Assembly (NCBI GenBank): GCA_965222155.1
Contig: CBDCTH010000012.1
Span: 1,440,001 to 1,504,000, forward strand
DNA from: Gammaproteobacteria bacterium
GTDB lineage: Bacteria > Pseudomonadota > Gammaproteobacteria > Eutrophobiales > Eutrophobiaceae
DNA: 64,000 bases
Direction: 5' to 3'
Positions 28,689-40,397 of the stretch are shown one piece after another. The position numbers were made by a program, and so were the translations under genes. Under the pieces are notes generated by a model. It was given only the letters and a program-made list of their open reading frames with translations, was not told where the DNA came from and made no database searches. Position 1 is the stretch's first letter. Each line of letters begins with the position of its first letter.

Positions 28689-29927
28689 TCAGATATGCTT
28701 CAAAATAATACACCCGTTAGTGCCGCCGAAACCAAATGAATTGGACATAACACAGTTCAATTCCATGTCACGCGCCTCATGGGGCACATAATCCAGATCA
28801 CAGTCCGGATCGGGATTATCCAGATTAATGGTGGGCGGCGCTACCTGATTGCGTAGGGCCAGGGCGCAGAATACGGCTTCTACGCTGCCGGCAGCTCCAA
28901 GCATGTGGCCACACATGGATTTCGTGGAACTGAGAGCCAATTGCTTTGCATGTTCGCCAAAAGCGTGTTTGACTGCATTACTTTCGATAGCATCACCGGC
29001 CGGTGTCGAAGTGCCGTGGGCATTGATATAGTCAATCCTTGTTTTGTCGATGCATGCGTTATTGAGTGCATTCTCCATACATCGTACCGCACCTTCGCCA
29101 TCTTCTGAGGGGGCAGTCATATGATAGGCATCTCCACTCATACCAAATCCGATGATTTCAGCATACACATTGGCGCCCCTGGACCTGGCATGTTCGTATT
29201 CCTCAAGCACTATCGCTCCTGCGCCGTCACTTAAAACAAATCCATCCCGGTCTCTGTCCCAGGGTCGACTGGCCTTCTCCGGCTCGTCATTACGTGTTGA
29301 TAATGCTTTTGCGTTGGCAAACCCGGCCAGGGAGGTGGGCGACGATGCATTCTCAGCCCCGCCGGCAACCATTACATCAGCATCGCCATATTCTATGACT
29401 CGGGCCGCATCGCCTATGTTATGAGTACCGGTTGCGCATGCCGTAACAATGCAGAAGTTAGGCCCCTTAAAACCATAACGGATTGACAGGTTCCCGGAAA
29501 TCATATTGATGATATTACTGGGCACGTAGAAAGGCGATATTTTTCTGGGACCGCTATTCAGAATACTCTCAGTCCCTTTTTCTATACCGGAGATACCGCC
29601 TATACCTGAACCGATAGCGGCGCCGACCCGATGCGGGTTGACATCATTCACATCTATCCCGGCATCTTCCACCGCCTGGATTCCTGCCGCCATACCGTAA
29701 TGTATGAAGGCGCTCATTTTTTTTTGTTCTTTTTTTGGAATATAGGAATCCAGTTCAAAATTTTTTATCGAACCGGAGAACCTGACCGGAAAGGTGCTTG
29801 CATCAAAGTTCGTAATCGCAGAAATCCCGCTTTTACCCGCTAAAATATTATTCCAGGATTCCTCTACGCTATTTCCCAGAGGAGTAACCAGACCGATCCC
29901 GGTAATGACAACCCTTCGCCTGTTCAC
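28689..29927 (-). CDS. fabF: 3-oxoacyl-ACP synthase II
   Basis: [38 protein letters not shown]. Confidence 0.97.
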   Translation of the reverse strand: MNRRRVVITGIGLVTPLGNSVEESWNNILAGKSGISAITNFDASTFPVRFSGSIKNFELDSYIPKKEQKKMSAFIHYGMAAGIQAVEDAGIDVNDVNPHRVGAAIGSGIGGISGIEKGTESILNSGPRKISPFYVPSNIINMISGNLSIRYGFKGPNFCIVTACATGTHNIGDAARVIEYGDADVMVAGGAENASSPTSLAGFANAKALSTRNDEPEKASRPWDRDRDGFVLSDGAGAIVLEEYEHARSRGANVYAEIIGFGMSGDAYHMTAPSEDGEGAVRCMENALNNACIDKTRIDYINAHGTSTPAGDAIESNAVKHAFGEHAKQLALSSTKSMCGHMLGAAGSVEAVFCALALRNQVAPPTINLDNPDPDCDLDYVPHEARDMELNCVMSNSFGFGGTNGCIILKHI

Positions 29928-29955
29928 TGTTTGGGAGATATTTATCGGATGTACG

Positions 29956-29993
29956 AAAAAAGGCCGCTTAAGGTCAATCCGTCAAGCGGCCTT
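29956..29993 (-). terminator. Intrinsic terminator-like hairpin after acpP
   Basis: AAGGCCGCTT...AAGCGGCCTT stem followed by a T run on the minus strand. Confidence 0.6.
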
Positions 29994-30015
29994 ATCAAGG
30001 ACTTATTTACGGCAG

Positions 30016-30252
30016 TTATTCAAGATGTGTATCAATATAGTCGATAGCCTGTTGCACAGTTGTTATCTTTTCTGCATCCTCATCAGGTATTTCAATCTTA
30101 AATTCCTCTTCCAGGGCCATTACCAATTCAACTGTATCGAGCGAATCTGCCCCAAGGTCATCAACAAATGATGCTTCACTGGTAACTTCTTCCTCTTTAA
30201 CCCCCAGTTGCTCTACGATGATTTTCATCACTCGATCTTCAACATTGCTCAT
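30016..30252 (-). CDS. acpP: Acyl carrier protein
   Basis: [20 protein letters not shown]. Confidence 0.98.
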   Translation of the reverse strand: MSNVEDRVMKIIVEQLGVKEEEVTSEASFVDDLGADSLDTVELVMALEEEFKIEIPDEDAEKITTVQQAIDYIDTHLE

Positions 30253-30439
30253 GTGATATATCCTCCTTCCGCGGTACTAAGACCAAAAGCGGGTGTACGA
30301 TAAGCTAAATATTCCCTGCTTTCAAGTTATTTTTCTTAATCAAAAAAACAGCTCTTAATGAATAACGCACTATATTATAGCTCCATTACATTAGAAAAAT
30401 CCACCAAAATACTCCTTCACCAGTTCTATCCGGCAACAG

Positions 30440-30524
30440 ATATTTGGGGTCAGAGTAAAATTCCTGTGTTTGGATTCCTGCTTCCGCAGGAATGGTTCGG
30501 GGTTTTTACTCTGACCCCAAATAT
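30440..30524. repeat. Inverted-repeat element family C, second copy, between fabG and acpP
   Basis: ATATTTGGGGTCAGAGTAAAA ... TTTTACTCTGACCCCAAATAT; internal TGGATTCCTGCTTCCGCAGGAATG hairpin. Confidence 0.78.
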
Positions 30525-30552
30525 TACCGGAACAGCCGGCGCGGTCTGCCGC

Positions 30553-31302
30553 TCACGCCATATACATTCCACCATTTACGTTCAGGACTTCGCCGGTTAT
30601 ATAGCCGGAAACCGGGGAAGCGATAAACTCAACGGCATGTGCGATGTCTTCAGCAAGACCGAGCCGCCCCAGCGGGATTTGAGCTAGTAATTTTTCCCGT
30701 TGCTCGGCGGCAAGACCCGCCGTCATGTCCGTTTCTATAAAACCCGGAGCTATACAGTTGACTGTGATGTTCCGACTGCCAATTTCTTTGGCCAGTGCAC
30801 GGGTAAAACCAATTATCCCCGATTTGGCCGCAACATAATTTGTTTGCCCGGGGTTCCCCGACAGGGCTACGACAGAAGTGATATTGATAATCCGGCCGTA
30901 GCGCGCTTTTAACATATTGCGCAGGCATAATTTACATAGACGATAAACCGAGTTCAGATTGGTATCGATAACTTCATCCCATTCCTGCTGTTTCATTCTC
31001 ATTATTAAATTATCCCGGGTAATACCTGCATTATTAACCAGGATAGAAGGCGTTATATCAGCTGCATTCAAGGACTCGTTCAACAGGGCTACTGATTCAT
31101 TTGCGCTTATGTCCAATACGAAGCCCCTGCCATTTATTTCAGTCTCTACGAAGGACTCCTCAATCCTGGCTGCGCCTTCTTCAGTTGTTGCCGTGCCCGC
31201 GATATAGGCGCCTGACCGGCCCAGTCGTTCAGCGATTGCCTTTCCAATTCCCCTGCTCGCTCCCGTTACAAGAGCGACTTGATCTTTGAGATGAATATTC
31301 AT
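30553..31302 (-). CDS. fabG: 3-oxoacyl-ACP reductase
   Basis: TGASRGIG, NNAGITRD, YVAAK; start approximate. Confidence 0.96.
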   Translation of the reverse strand: MNIHLKDQVALVTGASRGIGKAIAERLGRSGAYIAGTATTEEGAARIEESFVETEINGRGFVLDISANESVALLNESLNAADITPSILVNNAGITRDNLIMRMKQQEWDEVIDTNLNSVYRLCKLCLRNMLKARYGRIINITSVVALSGNPGQTNYVAAKSGIIGFTRALAKEIGSRNITVNCIAPGFIETDMTAGLAAEQREKLLAQIPLGRLGLAEDIAHAVEFIASPVSGYITGEVLNVNGGMYMA

Positions 31303-31329
31303 AATAAACTTATCCACATGTGGCGCGGA

Positions 31330-32262
31330 TTATATTGACAATGCAGCGTTCAGAGACTCCGTATCGGAAACAGTGCTACAAGTTATGTTTTTATCTATAC
31401 GCCGGGTCAGACTGCTGAGCACCTTGCCGGGGCCACATTCTATCATCCTGGCGATGCCGTGTTGTTGCATTGCAGCTATGCACTTTGACCACATGACGGC
31501 CTGATGTAACTGTAACACCAAGGCTTGCTTAATCTCATCAGGATCTGTACGAGCCCGAGCATCTATATTTTGCACAACCGGAATAGCCGCAGGTGAAAAA
31601 TTAATCTCATTGACGCGTAGTTGCAGCTTGTCAGCAGCGGGGGCCATTAATTGGCAATGGGACGGCACGCTGACCGTTAACGGTGTAATCCGCTTCGCTC
31701 CTGTTGCTTTTGCCAGTTCACAGGCACGCTCTACCGCCCTGGCAGTACCGGCAATGACCACCTGTCCCGGAAAATTAAAATTAGCCGCCGATACGACTTC
31801 ATCTTGTGCTGTCCTGGAGCATATATCAATCACTGCGTCATCATTCAGCCCGGAAATAGCCGCCATCGACCCCGCACCGCGAGGTACGGCTTGCTGCATA
31901 ATCCGTCCTCGTTCCGACACCAGTCCGACTGCATCGGTAAAATCCATAACCCCGGCACAAACCAGGGCCGTATACTCTCCCAGGCTATGACCGGCCAGGA
32001 ACACGGGACGCAATCCTCCCCGTTCCTGCCAGATACGCCAGACGGCATAACTCGCAGTCAATAGCGCAGGCTGGGTATATTCCGTTTGATTTAACCGATC
32101 TTCCGGTCCATTGAGACACAAAGACAACAGGTCATAACTCAGCTTGGCAGATGCCTCGGCAAATATGTCGGAAACAAGCGGGTAGTTTTCTGCCAGGTCA
32201 GAGAGCATTCCCACGGATTGGGAACCCTGCCCGGGAAATATGAATGCCAGCCCGCTGTTCAT
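31330..32262 (-). CDS. fabD: Malonyl-CoA:ACP transacylase
   Basis: FPGQGSQ, GHSLGE, VSVPSH; start refined to MNSGLAF. Confidence 0.96.
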   Translation of the reverse strand: MNSGLAFIFPGQGSQSVGMLSDLAENYPLVSDIFAEASAKLSYDLLSLCLNGPEDRLNQTEYTQPALLTASYAVWRIWQERGGLRPVFLAGHSLGEYTALVCAGVMDFTDAVGLVSERGRIMQQAVPRGAGSMAAISGLNDDAVIDICSRTAQDEVVSAANFNFPGQVVIAGTARAVERACELAKATGAKRITPLTVSVPSHCQLMAPAADKLQLRVNEINFSPAAIPVVQNIDARARTDPDEIKQALVLQLHQAVMWSKCIAAMQQHGIARMIECGPGKVLSSLTRRIDKNITCSTVSDTESLNAALSI

Positions 32263-32263
32263 G

Positions 32264-33220
32264 CTAGTACTTAACCAGTGCCGAGCCCCAGGTAAATCCT
32301 CCACCAACAGCTTCCATGAATAGAATATCTCCCTGCTTGATGCGGCCGTCACGGATACCGACATTCAGTGCCAGCGGGATGGATGCGGCTGAAGTATTGC
32401 CGTGTTCCGTTACAGTCAATATCACTTCATCCATACTCATACCCAGTTTTTTCACAGTAGCGGTTATTATTCTCTGGTTTGCCTGATGCGGCACGAGCCA
32501 GTCTATATCGTTTTTTGTCAAATCGGTATGTGCAAGCGTTTCATCCACGATCTCATCCATTGCCTTAACTGCAAACTTGAAAACTTCGTTGCCCTGCATA
32601 CGGATGAAGGGTTCAGCGCTTGGGGAGGAAACTCCGGAAGGCACCTGCAAGTAGTCACTATAGCTGCCATCGGCATGTAATAATGTCTTATAGACGCCGG
32701 GTGTATCACTTCTGTCCAGGATGACGGCGCCAGCGCCGTCTCCGAATAACACACAAGTCGTTCGGTCTGTCCAATCCAGTATCCTGGAGTTCATGTCGGC
32801 GCCGACGATAAGGGCGCGCCGGATTGCCCCGGACCTGATATATTGATCTGCGATACTCAAAGCGTAAATAAAACCGGAACACACGGCCTGGACATCAAAT
32901 GCAGCCGCGCCGTTACGCAAGCCGAGTCTTTTCTGAACCAGGCAAGCCGTACTGGGGTAGATAAGATCGGGAGTTGAAGTGGCAATGATAATCAGATTGA
33001 TGCTGTCAAGTTCAATGCGGGCCATTTCAATGGCCTGTAGCGACGCATTACAGGCCATTTCCGATGTGGTTTCATCCTCCCGGGCAATGTGCCGCTGTTT
33101 TATGCCCGTGCGCGAGCGGATCCATTCATCCGATGTGTCCACCAGGCTTTCCAATTCCGCATTGAGCATAACCCGTTCCGGAAGATAACCGCCACAGCCA
33201 ATGACTTGAGAGTAGTACAA
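32264..33220 (-). CDS. fabH: 3-oxoacyl-ACP synthase III
   Basis: DTSDEWIRSRTGI, AVCSGF, PHQAN, GNTSAAS. Confidence 0.96.
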   Translation of the reverse strand: MYYSQVIGCGGYLPERVMLNAELESLVDTSDEWIRSRTGIKQRHIAREDETTSEMACNASLQAIEMARIELDSINLIIIATSTPDLIYPSTACLVQKRLGLRNGAAAFDVQAVCSGFIYALSIADQYIRSGAIRRALIVGADMNSRILDWTDRTTCVLFGDGAGAVILDRSDTPGVYKTLLHADGSYSDYLQVPSGVSSPSAEPFIRMQGNEVFKFAVKAMDEIVDETLAHTDLTKNDIDWLVPHQANQRIITATVKKLGMSMDEVILTVTEHGNTSAASIPLALNVGIRDGRIKQGDILFMEAVGGGFTWGSALVKY

Positions 33221-33223
33221 TAG

Positions 33224-34237
33224 TCAATTCCTGGTTAATAATGCTTCCAGCCGGGATGTGATGCGTGCCGGGATGTTTTTCTCTATCTCAAGAATAGCCT
33301 CTTCGATAGCGTTGGCAAAGGATACTCTGTCTGCACTGCCGTGGCTTTTTATAACGATTCCGCGTAAACCAAGCAGGCTCGCACCGTTATAACGCCGGGG
33401 GTCGGTTTTTCTGCGGATGGTTTTTAATACCGGTCTTGAGAGTATTGCAGCCATTCTGCCATACAGGTTTTTGTTAAATCCGCTAATTACGTGGTGGTAG
33501 AAAAATTCGGCTACCCCCTCACTGGCTTTTAGCGCGATATTACCGACAAACCCGTCACACACGATAACGTCCGCATCGCCGGAATATATGTGGTTGCCCT
33601 CAACAAATCCGATGTAATTGATGTGACTCTTGGACAGTAATGAGGCGGCCTGCTTCACCCGATCATTGCCTTTATTCTCCTCAGTCCCAACGTTCAATAA
33701 CCCCACCTTTGGCAATACGATATTTTTAATGGCGCCGGTCAGTTCTGCCCCCATAACGGCGAACTGGAATAATTGCCCCGCGCTGGAGTCAATATTGGCG
33801 CCGAGATCAAGTATATGCGTGTGACCATTGATGCCTGGTATGGTTGTGCATATCGCCGGTCTGTCAATTCCCGGCAACATCTTCAGGATGTAACGCGAAA
33901 TAGCCATTAATGCACCGGTATTGCCGGCGCTTACACAGGCCTGTGCCTGCCCCTGCTTCACCAGTTCAATAGCCACCCGCATAGATGATTTCTTCTTGTT
34001 GCGTAACGCAGAGGATGGCGCTTCGTCCATCGCCACGACTTCCGGCGCATGAATTACCTGAATTCTGACGGATAAGTCATGTTTCAGGTGCGCCAGTCTT
34101 GGTTTGATTACGTCTTCCAGCCCTACCAGCAGAAGCTCGAGATCATGATGTTTTTTCAGCGCATAAATTGCAGCGGGGACAATCTCACCAGGTCCATGGT
34201 CTCCCCCCATGGTATCGAGCGCAAGACGGAATGCCAT
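33224..34237 (-). CDS. plsX: Phosphate acyltransferase PlsX
   Basis: ALDTMGGDHGP, SAGNTGA, DLGAN, DGFVGN, KSHG. Confidence 0.96.
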   Translation of the reverse strand: MAFRLALDTMGGDHGPGEIVPAAIYALKKHHDLELLLVGLEDVIKPRLAHLKHDLSVRIQVIHAPEVVAMDEAPSSALRNKKKSSMRVAIELVKQGQAQACVSAGNTGALMAISRYILKMLPGIDRPAICTTIPGINGHTHILDLGANIDSSAGQLFQFAVMGAELTGAIKNIVLPKVGLLNVGTEENKGNDRVKQAASLLSKSHINYIGFVEGNHIYSGDADVIVCDGFVGNIALKASEGVAEFFYHHVISGFNKNLYGRMAAILSRPVLKTIRRKTDPRRYNGASLLGLRGIVIKSHGSADRVSFANAIEEAILEIEKNIPARITSRLEALLTRN

Positions 34238-34417
34238 TTCAGCTCAAAGACAAGCTCAAACGGTAACACCCCGTTTGCAATATAGGACTATCCTGACCAC
34301 GGAGAATCTGACGTTGAATATCCTCTATATGTATTTTCTCCATATCTTTCCCGTGGCAACATTAAACTGTTATTTTTTCAATACTGTCCGTATCGAGCAG
34401 GGCTTGACAGGTCGGAC

Positions 34418-34606
34418 TTATTCATTTTCTTCTTCTTCGGAATTCAGTACTTTAGCTCCCCGGTAATAGCCATCAGGACTGATATGATGGCGTCTGTGCA
34501 CTTCGCCGGTTGTTGGTTCTATCGATAGACAAGGAGATTTCAGCGAGTCATGAGCGCGCCGGGAATCCCGTTTTGAACTTGATTTCTTTCGTTGTTGTAC
34601 AGCCAT
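34418..34606 (-). CDS. rpmF: 50S ribosomal protein L32
   Basis: [17 protein letters not shown]...HRRHH...GYYRG. Confidence 0.96.
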   Translation of the reverse strand: MAVQQRKKSSSKRDSRRAHDSLKSPCLSIEPTTGEVHRRHHISPDGYYRGAKVLNSEEEENE

Positions 34607-34622
34607 GGCAACAGCCTCCTGA

Positions 34623-35123
34623 TTATCCTGATTTCAGTTCTTTTAAAATATGAAACGGGTTTGACCCGACGTGAGCGTGTTCCATTGCCGACTCTACTGC
34701 AGCACACTCCTGCGGCACATGCATCGGTGAAATCGGCAAGCCCAGTAAAATTTCATCTTCAACAAAATCTGCCAGTGCAATAATTTCCTGTTTTAATATC
34801 AATGGTTCCAGTGTCGCCGGCAGTTTTTTCAATGCTGCCCCTTCAAAAGTAATGCCCACATTGATTGTGTGGGCAAGGTTTACCGTAATAGGTTCCAGGC
34901 ACCGCTGGCAAACCAGTTGCAGGGTTGTCTCATACCTGCCGGTGATAAAAATGAACCCATCCTCAGAACGGTGAAAAGCAAGTTTCAGGTCAACCATTCC
35001 CCGACTGTCCATCAACAACTCAGCAAGACGGGTCATCTTGTGCAACTCAAGCCGCCCTTCAATACAAGCTCCGGCTTCCGCCAGACGCTCGGGCGCGATA
35101 AATTGGGGCATATCCGACGACAT
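34623..35123 (-). CDS. yceD: YceD/DUF177 23S rRNA accumulation protein
   Basis: CQRCL, VEDEILL.LP..P.H, NPF..L..LK; upstream of rpmF; start approximate. Confidence 0.88.
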   Translation of the reverse strand: MSSDMPQFIAPERLAEAGACIEGRLELHKMTRLAELLMDSRGMVDLKLAFHRSEDGFIFITGRYETTLQLVCQRCLEPITVNLAHTINVGITFEGAALKKLPATLEPLILKQEIIALADFVEDEILLGLPISPMHVPQECAAVESAMEHAHVGSNPFHILKELKSG

Positions 35124-35202
35124 CAGGACCGGAAGTTTAACGACCGTAGAACTGACTGTCAATCTATTGACTTGACAGCAGGTTACGGATCATCATGTAC
35201 AA

Positions 35203-35790
35203 ATGACAACGGACATAAAACTGATACTGGCATCTTCGTCAATCCATCGCAAAACCTTGCTGGAACGGTTGCGAGTTCCTTTCAGATGTTACTTCCCGAA
35301 TATAGACGAGAGCATCATGACCGGTGAATCAGCGCCCGCTTTAGTTGAACGACTGGCCCGGGCAAAGGCCTTGACGATTGCACAGCAGCACCCCGGCGCA
35401 CTGGTAATAGGTTCGGACGAAATTGCTGTCGTAGCTGGACAAATCCTGACGAAACCCGGGGGGCATGCAGACGCAGTGCGGCAGCTTAAACTAATGTCCG
35501 GACAGGTTGTAAAATTTCTGACATGCGTTTGCCTTGTCAACAGTCGCTCAGGACGGCAGCAACTTGATACGGTCACGGTAGAAATTCAGTTCAGGGAATT
35601 AACTGATGCTGAGATTGACAGTTATCTGGATTGGGATAAACCTTACGATTGTGCAGGCAGTTTCAAGTCGGAGGCCGCAGGCATTACTCTGGTTCAACGA
35701 ATCAGTAGTGATGATAATACTGCCTTACTGGGGCTACCTTTGATATCTTTGCAGAGAATGTTGCGTAACGAAGGTTATAAAATACCTTAA
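35203..35790 (+). CDS. maf: Maf family nucleotide pyrophosphatase (YceF-like)
   Basis: LILASSS..R, IDES, RLARAKA, IGSD, KP, CAGSFKSE, GLPL. Confidence 0.93.
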   Translation: MTTDIKLILASSSIHRKTLLERLRVPFRCYFPNIDESIMTGESAPALVERLARAKALTIAQQHPGALVIGSDEIAVVAGQILTKPGGHADAVRQLKLMSGQVVKFLTCVCLVNSRSGRQQLDTVTVEIQFRELTDAEIDSYLDWDKPYDCAGSFKSEAAGITLVQRISSDDNTALLGLPLISLQRMLRNEGYKIP

Positions 35791-35812
35791 TATTATTTAT
35801 TAACCCGTTATA

Positions 35813-36784
35813 TTAATTGAATATATATGGATTATAAGTCTGTTTTATCCGGTTTGAGAACAACGCGCCGATTGCGCGTGAGAATTGCTCCAGCAAGGTA
35901 TCCTGGTAAGTAAAATCGACTATCTCTTCGGCGCCGATCACATCACGGGCAACATAGTCGGCATTGCCCAGGCCGTCAACCAGACCTAACTCTACGGACT
36001 GTTCGCCTGTCCATACCAACCCGGAAAAAATTCTCTCATCCTCGACCAGACGGTCCCCCCGGCCTTCTCTTACAATCTGCACAAACTGTTGATAAATTCC
36101 GTCCAGCAGTTGATCAAGATGATTAAGTTCTTCGTCCCGCTCGGGTGCAAACGGATCAAGGAATGCCTTGTGTTTGCCTGCATGATACACGCGCCGCTGA
36201 ATCCCCAGCTTTTCGATGGCATCTACAAAACCAAAACTGGCCATTATCACCCCGATTGAGCCAACCAGACTGGCCTTGTCGGCATAAATACTGTCTGCCG
36301 CCACGGCTATATAATAGCCTCCGGAGGCGCACAGGTCACTGATTACTGCGACGACCGGAATGTCAGGACGATCATTTTTCAGACGATTTATCTCATCATT
36401 GACATAACCCGCCTGCACAGGACTGCCTCCCGGGCTGTTAATGCGGATAATGATGCCTGCAGTATTGCTATCCTCATAAGCCGCACGCAAACTTGCTGTT
36501 ATATAATCAGCCCTGGCTTGTTCACTATTGGCAATAACACCCTGAATATCTATCAGTGCCGTGTGTTTGCCACCTGGTAGCTTGCCGGGTGACAGGTCGG
36601 TTTTACCAAACAGGTAAATTAACAGGAAAAGCAGCATGAACGAAACGATAATCAGCTTGAATGCTATGTTCCAGCGCCTGGCGCGGCGTTGCTCGGCCAG
36701 AAACTCCCTGGCAATCTGATTCACCAGGGTCTGTTCAAACCCTGAATCGGTCTCACCGGTATCCTGTTGCCAAGTGTCACTCAT
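35813..36784 (-). CDS. sppA: S49 family signal peptide peptidase
   Basis: RINSPGGS, ASGGYY, VGSIGV, N-terminal TM helix. Confidence 0.9.
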   Translation of the reverse strand: MSDTWQQDTGETDSGFEQTLVNQIAREFLAEQRRARRWNIAFKLIIVSFMLLFLLIYLFGKTDLSPGKLPGGKHTALIDIQGVIANSEQARADYITASLRAAYEDSNTAGIIIRINSPGGSPVQAGYVNDEINRLKNDRPDIPVVAVISDLCASGGYYIAVAADSIYADKASLVGSIGVIMASFGFVDAIEKLGIQRRVYHAGKHKAFLDPFAPERDEELNHLDQLLDGIYQQFVQIVREGRGDRLVEDERIFSGLVWTGEQSVELGLVDGLGNADYVARDVIGAEEIVDFTYQDTLLEQFSRAIGALFSNRIKQTYNPYIFN

Positions 36785-36814
36785 GTTCCAGACCGCGTAA
36801 TTTACCGCTGTGCG

Positions 36815-38833
36815 TTATTCTTCCGGCGTTACGCTAGTGGCGGGTTCCTTTTTTTCCATTCCGTCATCAGGTTTGATGTTGCTCTCAGCAATGTCACTCA
36901 CCTGTTTCTTTTCACGTGTATTCCTGGTCCTCGAGGTGGAGCGGGATTGCCTGTTTTCATTATTGCCCTGGTCCCTGTTTCCCTGTCGGCGTTGGCTGTT
37001 CCCCGATGAGTTACCGCTTCTACGGGGACCTCTGCGTTGTTGTTGCCTGTTCGCATTATTACCGGTATTTCTGCCCCTGCTTCTAGGGCGCGGCGACTGG
37101 GGTTTGTTAGGCGTCGATGTGCTATCCTGCCGCTTCTGATCATCAGTGCTACTGAACAGTTTAGCAAACAATCGGCTCATCAGCCCTTTACCCTTATTCT
37201 TTTTTGCCACGGGAACCGGTCTTTCCGGAATAACCTGAGTTAACGCAGGTTTTTCCGGCATTTTCCGGTTGTCATTGGTAATAGCGCCTGCAGTATTGTC
37301 CTGTTTGGCCTCCGCGAATTTGTAACTCTCTTTCTGGAATGAATCCGTTGCAGACTCCGACAGGTTTATGCGTTGTACTTGATATTGTGGAGTCTCCATC
37401 ATCGGGTTAGGACTGATAATAATTTCCACGTCAAGACGTTGTTCTATTTCGCGTACGGACTGACGCTTTTCATTCAACAAAAAGGTAGCGGCGTCCACCG
37501 GCATTTGAGCCACTACTTTAGCCGTCAATTCCTTCATGGCTTCCTCCTGGATAATTCTCAGGACCGCCAGTGACAGCGACTTGATCCCGCGGATAGTTCC
37601 TTGTCCGTCACAGCGCGGGCACGGTATGTGGCTTGATTCCCCCAGCGATGGCCTTAATCTCTGGCGCGACATCTCAAGCAGGCCAAAGCGCGAAATACGC
37701 CCCGTTTGTACTCTGGCGCGGTCTACCTTGAGGCCATCCCTCAGGCAGTTTTCCACCTCGCGTTGGTTCCTGTTGTTTGCCATATCGATAAAGTCGATGA
37801 CAAACAGGCCGCCCATATCACGCAGGCGTAATTGGCGTGCGATTTCATCAGCTGCTTCCAGGTTGGTATTAAACGCCGTTTCTTCTATATCTTCACCCTT
37901 GGTGGCGCGCGCTGAATTGATATCAACAGACGTCAGGGCCTCGGTGTGATCGATGATCAGCACTCCTCCGGAGGGAAGCTGAACCTCGCGGGCAAAAGCT
38001 GTTTCTATCTGCCCTTCAATCTGGTAGCGGCTGAATAAGGGATCGCTCCCTGAATAAAGTTTCAATTTGTTCAGGTTATGGGGCATAACCTGCTGCATAA
38101 AGTCCCGCGCCCTGTGGAAGATGTCATTATCATCGACCCAGATCTCGGCGATATCGCTCCTCAGGTAATCCCGGATTGCCCTGATGATTACTTCACTCTC
38201 CTGGTAAATGAGGAACGGCCCTGCTTTTTCCTTGGCTGTTGTCTTGATGGAATCCCAAAGCACCTTGAGGTAGTCCATATCCCATTGCAATTCTTCAGCA
38301 CCCTTACCTACGCCGGCGGTGCGCAGTATCAAGCCCATGCCCTGAGGTATTTCCAGTGTACTCATCGCCTCACGGGCATCACTGCGGTCATTGCCTTCGA
38401 TTTGTCTGGAAACTCCCCCGGCCCTGGGATTATTCGGCATAAGCACCAGGTAGCGCCCGGCAAGACTGATAAATGTGGTCAGGGCCGCTCCCTTGTTCCC
38501 GCGTTCTTCCTTTTCCACCTGGACTATATATTCCTGTCCTACTTCCAATGCGTCCTTGACGTTTACGCGGCTGCGATTATCCTCATTATTCCTGGCTTTG
38601 AGAAGGGAGTGAGCAATTTCCTTAAACGGCAGGAACCCGTGCCTTTCGGCGCCGAAATCAACAAATGCAGCTTCAAGACTGGGTTCTATCCTGACTATAC
38701 GGCATTTATAGATGTTTGATTTCTTCTGTTCCCGCCCTGTTGCTTCAATATCAAGATCATACAGACGTTGGCCATCCACTAGCGCCACCCGCAACTCCTC
38801 CGGTTGAGTTGCGTTAATCAACATTCTTTTCAT
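36815..38833 (-). CDS. rne: Ribonuclease E (short C-terminal scaffold)
   Basis: [44 protein letters not shown]; amphipathic [10 protein letters not shown] and Arg-rich tail. Confidence 0.96.
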   Translation of the reverse strand: MKRMLINATQPEELRVALVDGQRLYDLDIEATGREQKKSNIYKCRIVRIEPSLEAAFVDFGAERHGFLPFKEIAHSLLKARNNEDNRSRVNVKDALEVGQEYIVQVEKEERGNKGAALTTFISLAGRYLVLMPNNPRAGGVSRQIEGNDRSDAREAMSTLEIPQGMGLILRTAGVGKGAEELQWDMDYLKVLWDSIKTTAKEKAGPFLIYQESEVIIRAIRDYLRSDIAEIWVDDNDIFHRARDFMQQVMPHNLNKLKLYSGSDPLFSRYQIEGQIETAFAREVQLPSGGVLIIDHTEALTSVDINSARATKGEDIEETAFNTNLEAADEIARQLRLRDMGGLFVIDFIDMANNRNQREVENCLRDGLKVDRARVQTGRISRFGLLEMSRQRLRPSLGESSHIPCPRCDGQGTIRGIKSLSLAVLRIIQEEAMKELTAKVVAQMPVDAATFLLNEKRQSVREIEQRLDVEIIISPNPMMETPQYQVQRINLSESATDSFQKESYKFAEAKQDNTAGAITNDNRKMPEKPALTQVIPERPVPVAKKNKGKGLMSRLFAKLFSSTDDQKRQDSTSTPNKPQSPRPRSRGRNTGNNANRQQQRRGPRRSGNSSGNSQRRQGNRDQGNNENRQSRSTSRTRNTREKKQVSDIAESNIKPDDGMEKKEPATSVTPEE

Positions 38834-39512
38834 TGTAAATGTCCTTCACTTTTCAGCTCGACCATGCTCTGACTGACTGTCAGCAGCCGGTTATCCCGGC
38901 TGACGGATGGGAGCCACGTTAATCTGTTCTCGTGCTGCCGTTTTGCAGCTACGACTAATCCCGGGTATGCCGATATGGATACATTTTCATATCCGGCACA
39001 GTCGCGCGCCCCGGGCTGCTAAAACTTACAATACCCGCATGATAACAACTTCACTCGGTTATCATCTATTTTCACGTTACCCTGCAAAACGCTTGTTAAG
39101 CCATGTTAAATCGATGTCAGGTTCGGAGCACCGTTAGTCAAAACTAATCCGGTTTATTCTGGCTCCTTTTCTCAATTTCTGTTCCTGTTAAAGACATGTG
39201 TCCTGATATGGCTTATCCTTGCAGGATATCTGATGATCAGCATCGACACGGCAACTATAACAAATTTAAAGCGTTACGGCAATGTCATTGTCAGGAATTG
39301 TTAGGAACACATAAACTGTCCTCATCTGTAACACCTGCCTGCAACACCTGAAGAGTTTGCCAGTTGATACACTTTTCAGTTTGACCAGAACCGACTCAAA
39401 TGAGATTAGAATCTTCTCTGCCAAATTCGGACATTGTTTCAATAACAGTTGATTTTAGAGTTTTATCAATTATTATGACGGTATTTACTATCATAAATAC
39501 TGAGGTGCGACC

Positions 39513-39863
39513 ATGAAGTTTCAGGAATTCGTTCAAAATGAAGTGTTCTCGCCTGCACTTGTCGCAGTTGCTTTGCGTACCACCAAGTCCGAGATTGCCG
39601 ATACGTTAGGGCTGGGTCAGGATGCATTCTCGCGAACTTCTCGCATCCGGGCAAGGAAGACGCAGGTACGGCTGCGGCAAATGTTGGAAATCCTTCATCG
39701 GGTTTCAGTCCATACCGGTTCCAACCTGGCGGCCTATGCCTGGTTCCGCGCAGAGCCATTGCCAGGCTTCGGTGGTATGACACCCGACCAACTGGTACGT
39801 GAAGGTAAGGCGGATGACGTTCACACCCATCTCGACCGGGTCATGGCCGGTGGTTATGCCTGA
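39513..39863 (+). CDS. Xre/MbcA/ParS-type antitoxin
   Basis: HTH-like N-terminus and AYAWFRAEPLPGFGGMTP..LV..G...GGYA C-terminus; directly upstream of RES gene. Confidence 0.85.
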   Translation: MKFQEFVQNEVFSPALVAVALRTTKSEIADTLGLGQDAFSRTSRIRARKTQVRLRQMLEILHRVSVHTGSNLAAYAWFRAEPLPGFGGMTPDQLVREGKADDVHTHLDRVMAGGYA

Positions 39864-39878
39864 TATGTCGCCTTCCTG

Positions 39879-40388
39879 ATGCGCTTCCGGGGTCTCGTCT
39901 ACCGTGCACATAATCCACGGTGGGCCTGGGCGCCAACTTCCGGGGAGGGGGCGCGTCGCTATGGAGGACGCTTCAACCGGGCTGTAGTTCCGGCACTTTA
40001 TACGTCCCTGTCGCCGGTCACAGCCATGAGAGAGGCGAGTTCGGTAGGGCGACCACTACAACCGATCACATTGTGTGCCTACACGGTGGATGCCGAACCC
40101 ATCTTCGATATATTGGACCCCTTACAGCGAGAGGCTGAGGGGGTTACCGAGGCCGAATTCCATTGCCCGGACTGGGAACAGAAAATGCTGATGGGTATTA
40201 TCCCGGCATCGCAGGGTTTGGCTGAGCGGCTGAGTGCGGGCGGTTACGTGGGAATGCGGGTTCGGAGTTTCACGCCGGGAGCCACAGCAGATGATCTCAA
40301 TCTGGTGTTCTGGCGTTGGGGTAATCTTCGACCCAGCCGGGTCGTGCTGATTGACGATGAGGCACGTTTACCAAAGGATGAAATGTAA
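39879..40388 (+). CDS. RES-domain toxin
   Basis: YRAH.P.W, SGEGA..GGRFN, ALYTS..A.RE, VRS, NLVFW. Confidence 0.87.
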   Translation: MRFRGLVYRAHNPRWAWAPTSGEGARRYGGRFNRAVVPALYTSLSPVTAMREASSVGRPLQPITLCAYTVDAEPIFDILDPLQREAEGVTEAEFHCPDWEQKMLMGIIPASQGLAERLSAGGYVGMRVRSFTPGATADDLNLVFWRWGNLRPSRVVLIDDEARLPKDEM

Positions 40389-40397
40389 AGAATACCA

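Noticed and set aside
38834-39300. Structured RNA gene upstream of rne
   Set aside because: Hairpins are present, but they are consistent with a long rne 5' UTR and I recognise no ncRNA family.
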